A stretch of DNA of 64,000 nt from a bacterium (GTDB taxonomy: Bacteria; Patescibacteriota; CPR2; UBA1875; CAIMLA01). Position numbers and translations under genes: made by a program. Below the pieces are notes generated by a model, which did not search any database, was not told where the DNA came from, and saw nothing but the letters and a program-made list of their open reading frames with translations. Positions 47,270-56,358 of the stretch are shown here, piece by piece. Position 1 is the stretch's first letter. Each line of letters opens with the position of its first letter. The stretch covers positions 66,334-130,333 of the forward strand of contig JBAXUE010000002.1 of the NCBI GenBank assembly GCA_037129835.1. The letters run 5' to 3'.

Positions 47270-47500
47270 CTAGCTTGGGAATTTGATTCGCTTGCCAATT
47301 TTTTCGGCTCTTACTGCCTTAAGGAATTCTTCGGGTTCTATCCCAAAGTGCTCCGAGAGCCAGTTTTGAACCTCACAGAGGGCGTAGTTGCGTTCCCACA
47401 ACGTATCTCCTCTAAAGGACTGTGAAGCCAAAGCGATAACCTCCGCTCTGCTAAAACTGTCATAACCGTCTTTGTTGGTACTGTTACTCCCTTTCTTCAT
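47270..47500 (-). CDS. hypothetical protein (76 aa), in G+C-rich islet
   Basis: ATG at 47500 is preceded by GGAGA plus 5 nt. No family recognised. Confidence 0.5.
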   Translation of the reverse strand: MKKGSNSTNKDGYDSFSRAEVIALASQSFRGDTLWERNYALCEVQNWLSEHFGIEPEEFLKAVRAEKIGKRIKFPS

Positions 47501-47631
47501 GATTGTCTCCAATCGCTAAACGCTGGTTTGATCCAACGCTGTCGTCTTATGAACGACAAGAACTGATAGGACTTAACACAAACGATATTATAGTCATTTA
47601 ACGGGGTTTTGTCAATAAGCATCAATAATAA

Positions 47632-47664
47632 AGCCGAGGTGATCTTTCCCCCTCGGTTTTATTT
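47632..47664 (-). terminator. intrinsic terminator of the ABC operon (bidirectional shape)
   Basis: CCGAGG...CCTCGG stem flanked by an A-run and a T-run, starting about 10 nt after the ATPase stop. Confidence 0.7.
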
Positions 47665-47672
47665 AATGGTAA

Positions 47673-48554
47673 TTATTTTGCTACTTTGCCGTCGACTATC
47701 GTGATCGTACGAGTGCAGAGTTTGGCCACTTCTGGATTATGGGTAACAATTATAAATGTCTGCCCGTGCTGATTGAGTCGAACTATAAGATCCATTATTT
47801 CTTTGGTCATTTTGATATCTAGTTCTCCTGTAAGCTCATCACCAAATATAATTGCTGGTTTATTTACTAGAGAGCGAGCTATTGCTACTCTCTGCCGTTG
47901 ACCGCCCGAAAGTTCGTTTGGAGTGTGAGTAAGTCTATCTCCAAGCCCCACAAGCCTTAACGATTTTTCTGCAAGTGCCCTTCGTTCGTTTCTCGGAGTT
48001 TTTCCATAACGGAGTGGTAGCATCACATTTTCTATGGCTGTCAGCGTTGGAATCAGATTGAAAGATTGAAAGACAAAGCCGAGCTCGCTAGATCGGACTT
48101 CTGGTAGTTTGTTTTGACTAATTCCAGTAACATTGACGCCTCGTAGAAATATCTGCCCAGTCGTTGGCTCGTCTAGAAGGCCTAGCATATTTAAAAGAGT
48201 TGATTTCCCAGAACCAGATGGTCCCATAATAGCAACCATCTCCCCCTTTTTAATATCTATGTCCACGCCATTTAGGGCATGGACAACAACCCCTTTTTCA
48301 TTTTTGCCTTCTTTTATTTTTTTACCCGTTAGAAAATGATAAGTTTCGACGTATTTTTCTTTATCAAATAAATCTTGTGCTTTTTCTAGTCTTATCTCAA
48401 TTTCAGAAATTTTTTCAGTATTATTCTTTGAAACTGCTTTTTCATAAGCATGATGAAGTTTGTGGATTGCTTCCTGGGCCTTTATTGCCACCTTCTTATT
48501 CCCCATAATGTAAACCTTGCGAAGGTTATTAAGCTTTAGAATAGTATCGGCCAT
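47673..48554 (-). CDS. ABC transporter ATP-binding protein (MacB/LolD type) with ~65-aa N-terminal insertion
   Basis: GPSGSGKST, LSGGQRQR, IIFGDELTGELD. A helical insert lies between the first beta-strand (ILKLNNLRKVY) and VHALNGVDIDI. Confidence 0.88.
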   Translation of the reverse strand: MADTILKLNNLRKVYIMGNKKVAIKAQEAIHKLHHAYEKAVSKNNTEKISEIEIRLEKAQDLFDKEKYVETYHFLTGKKIKEGKNEKGVVVHALNGVDIDIKKGEMVAIMGPSGSGKSTLLNMLGLLDEPTTGQIFLRGVNVTGISQNKLPEVRSSELGFVFQSFNLIPTLTAIENVMLPLRYGKTPRNERRALAEKSLRLVGLGDRLTHTPNELSGGQRQRVAIARSLVNKPAIIFGDELTGELDIKMTKEIMDLIVRLNQHGQTFIIVTHNPEVAKLCTRTITIVDGKVAK

Positions 48555-48556
48555 GA

Positions 48557-49711
48557 TTATTCCTCCCTCAGTGATTTAACAATACTGATTTTCACCGCAT
48601 AGTAAGCGGGGTAAATACCCGCAATTACGCCGATGGCGAGCGAGAATATCATTGAACCGATAAGTAACCTAGGAGTGAGTAAAAATATCTTGTCCCCAGT
48701 CTGCTCCATATAATAGTTCACTAAATATACAATAACAGCTCCAAGGGCTATCCCGATGGCGCCACCAAAAAATCCGATAACGCCAGCTTCTGTAAGATAT
48801 TCGAGTAATATATTGCGGTTTTTTGCCCCTAGAGCTTTCTTTATCCCTATTTCCTTAGTTCTTTCTGAAATTGACATCGTCATGGTATTGACTATTGATA
48901 GCGTGCCAACAAGAAGTGAGATGATACAAATTCCGTAAATAATTGAGTTAAAAGTTTGCATTGTAGATGCTATTTGGTCTTGAAATTGTTTCGGTCCAAG
49001 AGTATCAACGCCTTTGACCTCTTTCTTTATTTTTTCTGATAATTTATTTGGGTCTACACCTTTTTTAGGATAGGCAATAAAGCCATAAACCAGATCGTCT
49101 GGTTTCGTAGTATTTCTAAGTAATTCGGGTAATTCATTGTACATTATTTCTCTACCATCATGTAAAGAGACGGATATTTGAGTATCAGGTAGAGTGAAAG
49201 TTTTTTCGGCAATGCCAACAACTTCAAAATTTTTACCTCTAATTTTGATATTTTCTCCCACCTTGGCTTTTAGTTTTTTTACTAGGTCTGCGCCGACCAA
49301 TGCCTTGTTACGGTCTGAAGCAGTAATAGCTCGCCCACTAGTAAGTCTAATTTTAAAGCTTTCGTAATCGTTGGATTTTTCGTCAATGCTAATAATGTTT
49401 GCTAGTGGTCCAAGACTAGCAGTGATGTTATCACTAAGTAGTGAATAAGTTTCGGCCGCTACATATGCGACGCCATCGACTTTTTCTATTTCTTTTTTCT
49501 TATCAATCTTTAATGGGCTACTATATGTACTTATTTTGGCAGATATTTCTACTTTGTCCTTATAATATTCTGCCCCTCCATCTACAAGCAAACTCAGTTT
49601 CTCGGCGATAGCTCCCATAACCACAAGGGCCAGGATACCGATGGCGATACCAAAAACCGTCAGTAGTGTTCTGGTTTTTCGTCTCCACATATTTTTTAAG
49701 ATTTCAAACAT
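48557..49711 (-). CDS. ABC transporter permease, MacB/FtsX-like
   Basis: N-terminal TM, periplasmic MacB_PCD-like domain, and a C-terminal FtsX 3-TM bundle (ERTKEIGIKKALGA). Confidence 0.85.
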   Translation of the reverse strand: MFEILKNMWRRKTRTLLTVFGIAIGILALVVMGAIAEKLSLLVDGGAEYYKDKVEISAKISTYSSPLKIDKKKEIEKVDGVAYVAAETYSLLSDNITASLGPLANIISIDEKSNDYESFKIRLTSGRAITASDRNKALVGADLVKKLKAKVGENIKIRGKNFEVVGIAEKTFTLPDTQISVSLHDGREIMYNELPELLRNTTKPDDLVYGFIAYPKKGVDPNKLSEKIKKEVKGVDTLGPKQFQDQIASTMQTFNSIIYGICIISLLVGTLSIVNTMTMSISERTKEIGIKKALGAKNRNILLEYLTEAGVIGFFGGAIGIALGAVIVYLVNYYMEQTGDKIFLLTPRLLIGSMIFSLAIGVIAGIYPAYYAVKISIVKSLREE

Positions 49712-49762
49712 TTAATTCCTTATGATTATGAAAATATTTTAACATAATTATGAATGATAAAT

Positions 49763-49816
49763 AATAAAAAGAAAAGGCCCGCACTAGGGTAGGTGTGAAC
49801 CTTCTCTTTGCGGGCC
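49763..49816 (-). terminator. intrinsic terminator closing G+C-rich islet 3
   Basis: 8-bp stem GGCCCGCA/TGCGGGCC followed on the - strand by TTTTCTTTTTATT. Lies 13 nt after the stop at 49829. Confidence 0.7.
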
Positions 49817-49828
49817 GTTGTGTCTTGT

Positions 49829-50191
49829 TTAGAACAGGGAGGGCTGGTCTTTCCCAGCAGCATCAGACGTATCTGATACTTGCAGTTTGTCGATAGGTCC
49901 CTTTGGAAACCTCTCGACAAACTCCTCGAGATTACTGTCTTGCACCAACCAGCTCTGTTCTATCTTGCGATTGAACTTCCTACTCAGTGCATTGCTGATG
50001 ATGTGTGAGAAGTTCACAGTAGTAGTGAACTCCCGGGGACGAGCGTGCCACGCGTCGTGTTGCTTCTGCGTGACATAGATACCGACACTCAAGCCGGCGA
50101 CCTTGAATACCCCGATGTAGGGGCAATTGGGTCTGGTGACCTTCATTTTTGTTACATCTGTAGTGCTAGTGCGTTTGGCCAAGCCAAACAC
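49829..50191 (-). CDS. hypothetical protein (up to 120 aa), in G+C-rich islet
   Basis: GTG at 50191 abuts the upstream TGA (possible coupling). An alternative ATG is at 50146. No family recognised. Confidence 0.45.
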   Translation of the reverse strand: MFGLAKRTSTTDVTKMKVTRPNCPYIGVFKVAGLSVGIYVTQKQHDAWHARPREFTTTVNFSHIISNALSRKFNRKIEQSWLVQDSNLEEFVERFPKGPIDKLQVSDTSDAAGKDQPSLF

Positions 50192-50196
50192 CCCCT

Positions 50197-50550
50197 TCAG
50201 TTTAGTGAGATGTACAGGTCGGTTCTTGCTCTTTCAGGTTCGTGCCGGGCTGCCATAAAGAGTAAAACAATCGCTCTTCTGCTGGCCAAAACCAGTGTTT
50301 CAGGATCTTTGGTTGTTGGGCCGAAGCAACCGCTTTCGATGTACTCGATCTGATCGCCGATAATCTCAGCAATCGTGATCATGTCATCGGGCACTTGATA
50401 ATGTGCCGCGAAGTTTAGTACCGCCTCTCTTTGGACAGAAGCCGTTAACAGTACAGTAATACTGAGTTCAGGCTCGAGACCTAGATCTTCACAGCGTTGA
50501 ACTAGCATGTCTTGGACTGCCCCAAGTATTAGTGTGCTTAAAGCCGCCAT
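50197..50550 (-). CDS. hypothetical protein (117 aa), in G+C-rich islet
   Basis: ATG at 50550 is preceded by GAGGGGA plus 6 nt. The listed 5' extension lacks an SD. Confidence 0.5.
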   Translation of the reverse strand: MAALSTLILGAVQDMLVQRCEDLGLEPELSITVLLTASVQREAVLNFAAHYQVPDDMITIAEIIGDQIEYIESGCFGPTTKDPETLVLASRRAIVLLFMAARHEPERARTDLYISLN

Positions 50551-50640
50551 TGACAATCCCCTCGTTTCTAGACGAATTGTGTAGGTACAATGTAAATTAC
50601 TATACCACTTTATGGTATATTTGTAAAGCATGATTTACGC

Positions 50641-50670
50641 AAAAAACAGCCCTAAGTCGGGGCTGTTTGT
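50641..50670 (-). terminator. intrinsic (bidirectional-shaped) terminator
   Basis: AAAAAACAGCCC-TAAGTC-GGGGCTGTTTGT. On the - strand the stem is followed by TTTTTTG. Confidence 0.7.
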
Positions 50671-50842
50671 AATAAATTGCAGGTTGAGCCGCACTGTAGG
50701 GTAACAGTAGTGCGCGGCTTTGCCCATAGGCGAATCCTCTCTCATGAAGGGTTGTGGTATCTTACTTGAGTTATTGAGATTGACCTAATCCCAGAATCAA
50801 ACTGTTTCCAGTTACCCTTGATTCTGAGTGCAGAGTTTTGGG

Positions 50843-51118
50843 TTATCTTTTTTGGAAGAAGACTTTGCGACCAAGGTCCTGTGGTTTACAAACGGCCCAG
50901 AAAAGACTAAGTCCCATCTCGGATAAACCAAGAAGGTCATCTAGTAATTCTGGGTTATTCCATCGAACCTCTTTGCCGGCATACTTCTTGAGTAGTTCGT
51001 CGACGTCCCTGATATTTTGGTCTCTTTCGATTTCACGCCGTTGTTCTTCAAGGTCTACTAAGACCTCAATGTGATACCCATTACGCTGCAGAGCTTGTAA
51101 AAGAGCTAATTGAGTCAT
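50843..51118 (-). CDS. hypothetical protein (91 aa), in G+C-rich islet
   Basis: ATG at 51118 is preceded by AAGGGAG plus 5 nt. No family recognised. Confidence 0.5.
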   Translation of the reverse strand: MTQLALLQALQRNGYHIEVLVDLEEQRREIERDQNIRDVDELLKKYAGKEVRWNNPELLDDLLGLSEMGLSLFWAVCKPQDLGRKVFFQKR

Positions 51119-51268
51119 AAAGACTCCCTTCGTTTGACAGCACTTCGCAATATTGCGGAGTAACTGCATCATCACGTTGCCGCGACTCATGTGCGGTATT
51201 ATACTCTTTTTTACCTATATGTCAAGATAATTTACTGTTACAAGTTTTTGTTATAGGAATAGGTTGCT

Positions 51269-53377
51269 TTAGTTGAATTTAACTTCTGCGACCTTTGAGA
51301 TATCGCTAAGTTTATGACCCTGAATCATCGAATCCGAAATTGTGTACAAAATGTCACCAATATATAAAATTCTAGATATTGTACTGTTGGCTGCATAGTC
51401 GTAAGAATAATTATTTTTTGAGTTTTCGTTAGTTGTTTTGTGTGTGATGCGATCGCGGAACTGGAATCCTTTTTCTAAGTCCACTTTGTAAACATAGGCT
51501 CCTTGGAAAGTATCCGTACCATATGTATTTGCCTCTGCCCCAGTACTCGCCTTTTGTTCTGGTGTTAGCTCGGCAAGAGATATTGGTAACGATAATAGGC
51601 TTTTTGCTTTATCAAACAGAAACGCCTTTGGGTCTGTAAGGACTGGTGAATCAGTCCCTCGGTCACCTATTACCGTCTTGAACATTTCTTTTGGATTGGT
51701 AACATCTGTAACATCAAATATAGCCATCTTTACGCCCTGGTACCAAGCGAAGTCCAAATTTCTGCTTTCGATCGCTTCGGTGGAGGCGTCGATAGCTTCT
51801 TTTCCGATGCCGATAATGTGGTTTTCGTCATATGGATGTAAATAGTCAGAGTATCCCGGTATCTTTAGGTATCCAAGAACAGCGGGTTTCTCGGGATCCT
51901 TAAGGTCAATAACATAAAAAGGATCTACTTTTTTGAAAGTGACAAGGTACCCTCTATCTCCCATAAATCTGGCGGAATATATCTCTTCTCCTGGCGCAAG
52001 ATCTTCTAGGGCGCCAACTTGTTTCATGTCACCATTAAAAACATAAATATTATTTGTCGATTTATTGACTGTATCAGTAATACTTCCCTTGGTAGCGGCT
52101 ACTCTAAAAAATCCATTGCTCTCGTCCATAGAATATTGATTAAGCGCACTACCCTCTATCGAAGCCGAACTAAGATATTCAGAATTGTTACCTACTAGTT
52201 TAAATTTGTGGAACTGTGTTTTTGAGACAGTGTTCCTGGTATAGTTTGTATAAATTGGTTGTTCAAGACTGGCAAGATACAGGTTTTGGCTGGATGCATA
52301 TACAATGTCTGAATTTCCGATAATTGTCCGTCTATTGATTTCCTTGGTTTCGTCTTTGATCGATAGACTCACAACACTTACAAAGGTGTTATTGGTCTTA
52401 TCTTCTATATTATTAACGTTTTTGAAATATTCCACATCGGCACAGCCACAAGTGGGTTTATAAACTGCTTTGGCAGAACCTTGAACATCAGAATATTTAG
52501 GAAGTAGAGATAGGGCATCTGTTTGGGGTGTAATGACATTATAATTTGGATATGTATTAAGAACTAAGTGAACATTGTCACCAATCATTCTGCCAGCACT
52601 ATAATTACCTTCATACTCAACACTTCTAGTGAGTTTTGGGTTTGTCTTATTGCTAGTATCCCAGATTTTGATAAAAGTATAGGTGGTAGAGGGATTATAG
52701 GGTTTTGTAAACCTTTCGATAATACTATTATTTGTAGAGGTCTCTTTTGTAACTGTTTTATTGCCGATGGCTAATAACCTATTTTTCGCGATAAATAATT
52801 GACTAACATTTCCATAATCGCTACCCGTATATTCTTCAGGCATTATAGAGGAAGGGCTAGCATCGGTATTGTTACTTTCTACTACCTTGATTGTTTTTAC
52901 AAGTTTGGCATCTTCGGCGGGATAAGCTTTAACGATGTCAATGTTACCTTGCCTGACAGTATAGATATATTCACCATCATTCTTAACAGTATCAGCTTCG
53001 TCAACTCCCTCAACTTGCACATTCGTTTTAGAATAATCACTACTACCTCCTGTAGTATCTGCGGTAGTGGCTTCACCGGCCTCTATACTCATGCCAAGCG
53101 GGGCATTAACGCCTATGTTTTTTGTTTGTACATCTCTTGCGAGCATTTTAGTAATATCTCCGCAGGATTTTGCAGTTCCAATGTACGTATTATTAACTTT
53201 GATAGCGCTTTTCGATGTATTTCTTACGCGATAATACCAGCCCAAGGCGATAATTGAAAATAAGAATATAATTGCTATAGATCCAAAGAAAATTTTCATA
53301 AAGACAGGGCTTTTGTAAAAATTATTTTTTATAGAGTCCTTTTTTGTTATATCCATATCATCTCCTTTAATATACAT
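51269..53377 (-). CDS. secreted/anchored beta-propeller-domain protein (Beta_propel family-like)
   Basis: N-terminal TM. Segment SARFMGDRGYLVTFKKVDPFYVIDLKDPEKPAVLGYLKIPGYSDYLHPYDENHIIGIGK is characteristic of that family. Confidence 0.75.
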   Translation of the reverse strand: MYIKGDDMDITKKDSIKNNFYKSPVFMKIFFGSIAIIFLFSIIALGWYYRVRNTSKSAIKVNNTYIGTAKSCGDITKMLARDVQTKNIGVNAPLGMSIEAGEATTADTTGGSSDYSKTNVQVEGVDEADTVKNDGEYIYTVRQGNIDIVKAYPAEDAKLVKTIKVVESNNTDASPSSIMPEEYTGSDYGNVSQLFIAKNRLLAIGNKTVTKETSTNNSIIERFTKPYNPSTTYTFIKIWDTSNKTNPKLTRSVEYEGNYSAGRMIGDNVHLVLNTYPNYNVITPQTDALSLLPKYSDVQGSAKAVYKPTCGCADVEYFKNVNNIEDKTNNTFVSVVSLSIKDETKEINRRTIIGNSDIVYASSQNLYLASLEQPIYTNYTRNTVSKTQFHKFKLVGNNSEYLSSASIEGSALNQYSMDESNGFFRVAATKGSITDTVNKSTNNIYVFNGDMKQVGALEDLAPGEEIYSARFMGDRGYLVTFKKVDPFYVIDLKDPEKPAVLGYLKIPGYSDYLHPYDENHIIGIGKEAIDASTEAIESRNLDFAWYQGVKMAIFDVTDVTNPKEMFKTVIGDRGTDSPVLTDPKAFLFDKAKSLLSLPISLAELTPEQKASTGAEANTYGTDTFQGAYVYKVDLEKGFQFRDRITHKTTNENSKNNYSYDYAANSTISRILYIGDILYTISDSMIQGHKLSDISKVAEVKFN

Positions 53378-53397
53378 TATTATTAATACTTTACACT

Positions 53398-53871
53398 TTA
53401 CAATTTCTTTTGAAAAGTAACATCTGTTTCCGTAAGGCCCATTTTGGTATAAAAGTTTCTGCCAAAACTATTATTGTAAGACGCAGTAATAGTCATTAGA
53501 TTTGAATCTTGCGCTATGGCCCATTTTTCAATCATCGTATACAACTGTTCACCGATACCCATTCTGCGGTATTCTTTTTTGATGAAGGTGTTTTCAACTT
53601 CTGCTAATTTTAGGTCCTTTCGCATATGGTCGGGAGTTTCTGTCAAATGTGCAATCATGTACCCAATAATCTTTTCGTCAGTTTCAACTACAAGAACTAG
53701 CGAGTCGCTTATGTTTATTCTTTTTTCGAAATAGTCTCTACCCCACTGAGAATCTGGCCAGGCAACATCCAATGTATCGTCAAAAACATAATCGTGTTCA
53801 AATAGCGCGGTATTTAAGTTTACGATAGTATCGATATCTTTTGTTGTAGCTTTTCTTATATTGGTATTCAT
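53398..53871 (-). CDS. GNAT-family N-acetyltransferase
   Basis: 157 aa. Acetyl-CoA motif A region KEYRRMGIGEQLYTMIEKWA. Confidence 0.85.
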   Translation of the reverse strand: MNTNIRKATTKDIDTIVNLNTALFEHDYVFDDTLDVAWPDSQWGRDYFEKRINISDSLVLVVETDEKIIGYMIAHLTETPDHMRKDLKLAEVENTFIKKEYRRMGIGEQLYTMIEKWAIAQDSNLMTITASYNNSFGRNFYTKMGLTETDVTFQKKL

Positions 53872-54007
53872 ATAAAAATCCGTTAGTAGACCATTTTATA
53901 GGTTATTCTAACCTAACTTCGAGATAATGCAAAATTACGTTTTTTTTGTATAATTAATAAGCTCAAAATATTATCTATCCGAGAGCACAAATAAATATAT
54001 TATAGTA

Positions 54008-54109
54008 TTATTTCTCGGCTTGAACTGAAGAAGTAATTTGAATACCTTTAGGCTTTTTTGCCTGCTTTGGTTTCTTGGTATTCTTTTGTGAATTTTTTCC
54101 TTTAGCCAT
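54008..54109 (-). CDS. candidate 33-aa basic peptide MAKGKNSQKNTKKPKQAKKPKGIQITSSVQAEK
   Basis: Not in the ORF track (under 60 aa). AAGGAGG plus 4 nt before the ATG, 18 nt after the topA stop. Confidence 0.4.
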   Translation of the reverse strand: MAKGKNSQKNTKKPKQAKKPKGIQITSSVQAEK

Positions 54110-54126
54110 TTTTCCTCCTTGTAGCA

Positions 54127-56289
54127 TTATACATTTTTATGTGGATTATGATTAGGACAATCTTTGCTAGAACAACGCTCTGGGATAGTTTTGGTCCCTT
54201 CCATCATCAGAGAGCCGCATTCTTTACATATATTACCTGTCGGTTTCGCTTTAATAGCGTATTTGCATTTTGGATAATTGTTACAAGAATAGAATATTCC
54301 GAAACGACCTTTTCTTTCAGCCATTTCACCTTTTTTGCAGACTGGGCACTTTACGCCAGTACCATTATCGATTACAGCCGTTTCGTCTTTTCTGATATAT
54401 TTGCATTTCGGATAATTTGAACAAGAAATGAATTTGCCGTATTTTCCCTCACGTTCAATAAGATCTCCGCCACATTCGGGGCAGGGTTCACCGATTGGTT
54501 TCGGCCCTTCCATCTCTTCGCCTTCCATAGTAAGTGCACCCTGGCATTCTGGATACTTGGAGCAACTAAGAAATTTACCGTTCTTCCCAAGCTTTATTAT
54601 CATACTACTTTTGCATTTTGGGCATTTGAATTTTGGATCCGCAGGTTCTGGTTTTACTGGTTCTTTGAGCTCTGTTTTTACTTTTTTGATAAATGGACCA
54701 TAAAATTCTGACAGTATTTGGACATACTTGGCTTTTCCGTTAGCTATAAGGTCAAGTTCATCTTCCATTTCAGCAGTAAAGGTGTCGCTGATGTATTCGG
54801 CAAAATATTTTTCAAGAAAGGTACTAACAACATCGCCGGTATCTGTAGGAATGAGTGTTCGACCCTCTTTTGTAACATAGCCACGATCTTCTAGTGTTTT
54901 CATAATGGAAGCATAAGTACTAGGTCTGCCGATACCTCTTTTCTCTAATTCCTTAATCAGGCCAGCTTCCGTGTATCTGGTTGGAGGTTCGGTCTGTTTG
55001 GCAGTAGTAACAAAATCTATCAGTGTTAGCTCGTCACCGATATTAACTTTTGGTAGGTTGACTTCTTCGCCTGCCACTGCCGGATCAGCTGAAAGCCAGC
55101 CGGCGAATAGTTGATGACTACCATTGGCTGTAAATAAAGGAAATTTGTTGTCATCGTAATACTTGGCAGTTATCTTGCTTCGAAGAAGTTTGGCATCAGC
55201 CATCTGACTTGCCACTGTTCTGCCCCATATCAGCTTGTAGAGTTTCTTTTGTTCGTCATTGTGACCAGCATTGTCATGTTCAAAATTTGTGGGACGGATT
55301 GCCTCATGAGCTTCCTGGGCATTTTTACTCGTAGTTTTGTATTTATGAGGGGATAAATATTCTTTGCCGTACTTACTCGTCACCACTTGGTTTATTTGTT
55401 CTAGCGCTGTCTCTGAAAGATTAGTACTATCGGTACGCATATAACTGATTAAACCTGCTTCATATAGTTTCTGTGCTACTCCCATGGTTCGTGATGGCGA
55501 GAATCCTAGTCTAGTGCTCGCTGTCTGCTGTAGTGTAGATGTAGTAAATGGTGGTTTTGGTGCTCTTTTTGCTTCTGTACTTGTGACATTGGCAACTATC
55601 CATTGTCCATTTTTGGCAACGGTTTCTATTTCGGTTAATCGTTCTATATTTTTTGGCTCTTCGGTACAGGTAAGCGAAAGATTATCTTTGCCCAGAGTCT
55701 TTGTTTCGGCAACTAGTGTCCAAAAATCTTCACTGACAAAAGCTCGTCTTTCTCTTTCTCTTTCCATAATAATTCTAAGTGCAGGAGATTGTACTCGGCC
55801 TGCAGATAGACCATATCGAACCTTTTTCCAGATGACTCCAGAAAGGTCATAGCCAACAAGACGGTCTAGGACACGCCTAGCCTGTTGTGCATCTACTAAG
55901 TCAATATTTATCTTGCGTGGATTATTGGCGGCATGTTCAACTGCGCTTTTGGTGATTTCATGAAATTCAATCCTGTCATAATCGCTTTCTTTTAGCTTCA
56001 ACGCTTGGGCCAAGTGCCACGAAATTGCTTCACCTTCACGATCAGGATCAGTCGCCAGTAGTACTTGGTCGGCTTTCACTGCTACCGCTCGTAGATCACT
56101 GATAATTTTTTTACCACGGGGAGTAATAATGTATTTTGGTTTAAACCCGTGTTCGATATCTACGGCGTCTTTATTGCTTTTTGGTAGATCTCGCACATGT
56201 CCAAAAGAAGCCATTACTTTGTGGCCTGGACCTAAATATTTTTCTATTGTCTTCCCTTTTGCGGGAGACTCTACAATTACAAGTTTCAT
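54127..56289 (-). CDS. topA: DNA topoisomerase I
   Basis: TOPRIM MKLVIVESPAKGKTIEKYLG, DPDREGE, active-site region GLISYMRTDS, and four C-terminal CxxC zinc ribbons. Confidence 0.95.
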   Translation of the reverse strand: MKLVIVESPAKGKTIEKYLGPGHKVMASFGHVRDLPKSNKDAVDIEHGFKPKYIITPRGKKIISDLRAVAVKADQVLLATDPDREGEAISWHLAQALKLKESDYDRIEFHEITKSAVEHAANNPRKINIDLVDAQQARRVLDRLVGYDLSGVIWKKVRYGLSAGRVQSPALRIIMERERERRAFVSEDFWTLVAETKTLGKDNLSLTCTEEPKNIERLTEIETVAKNGQWIVANVTSTEAKRAPKPPFTTSTLQQTASTRLGFSPSRTMGVAQKLYEAGLISYMRTDSTNLSETALEQINQVVTSKYGKEYLSPHKYKTTSKNAQEAHEAIRPTNFEHDNAGHNDEQKKLYKLIWGRTVASQMADAKLLRSKITAKYYDDNKFPLFTANGSHQLFAGWLSADPAVAGEEVNLPKVNIGDELTLIDFVTTAKQTEPPTRYTEAGLIKELEKRGIGRPSTYASIMKTLEDRGYVTKEGRTLIPTDTGDVVSTFLEKYFAEYISDTFTAEMEDELDLIANGKAKYVQILSEFYGPFIKKVKTELKEPVKPEPADPKFKCPKCKSSMIIKLGKNGKFLSCSKYPECQGALTMEGEEMEGPKPIGEPCPECGGDLIEREGKYGKFISCSNYPKCKYIRKDETAVIDNGTGVKCPVCKKGEMAERKGRFGIFYSCNNYPKCKYAIKAKPTGNICKECGSLMMEGTKTIPERCSSKDCPNHNPHKNV

Positions 56290-56358
56290 AACTAAGTGTT
56301 AATGTTATTTTAATTAGTGCTATGTGTCAATCTTTTCCATTCATGGCTGCCGGTAAAG

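Noticed and set aside
49829-50191. AP2/HNH-associated DNA-binding domain resemblance (YIGVFKV...W.A).
   Set aside because: Only a few scattered identities were seen, which cannot be supported without an HMM.
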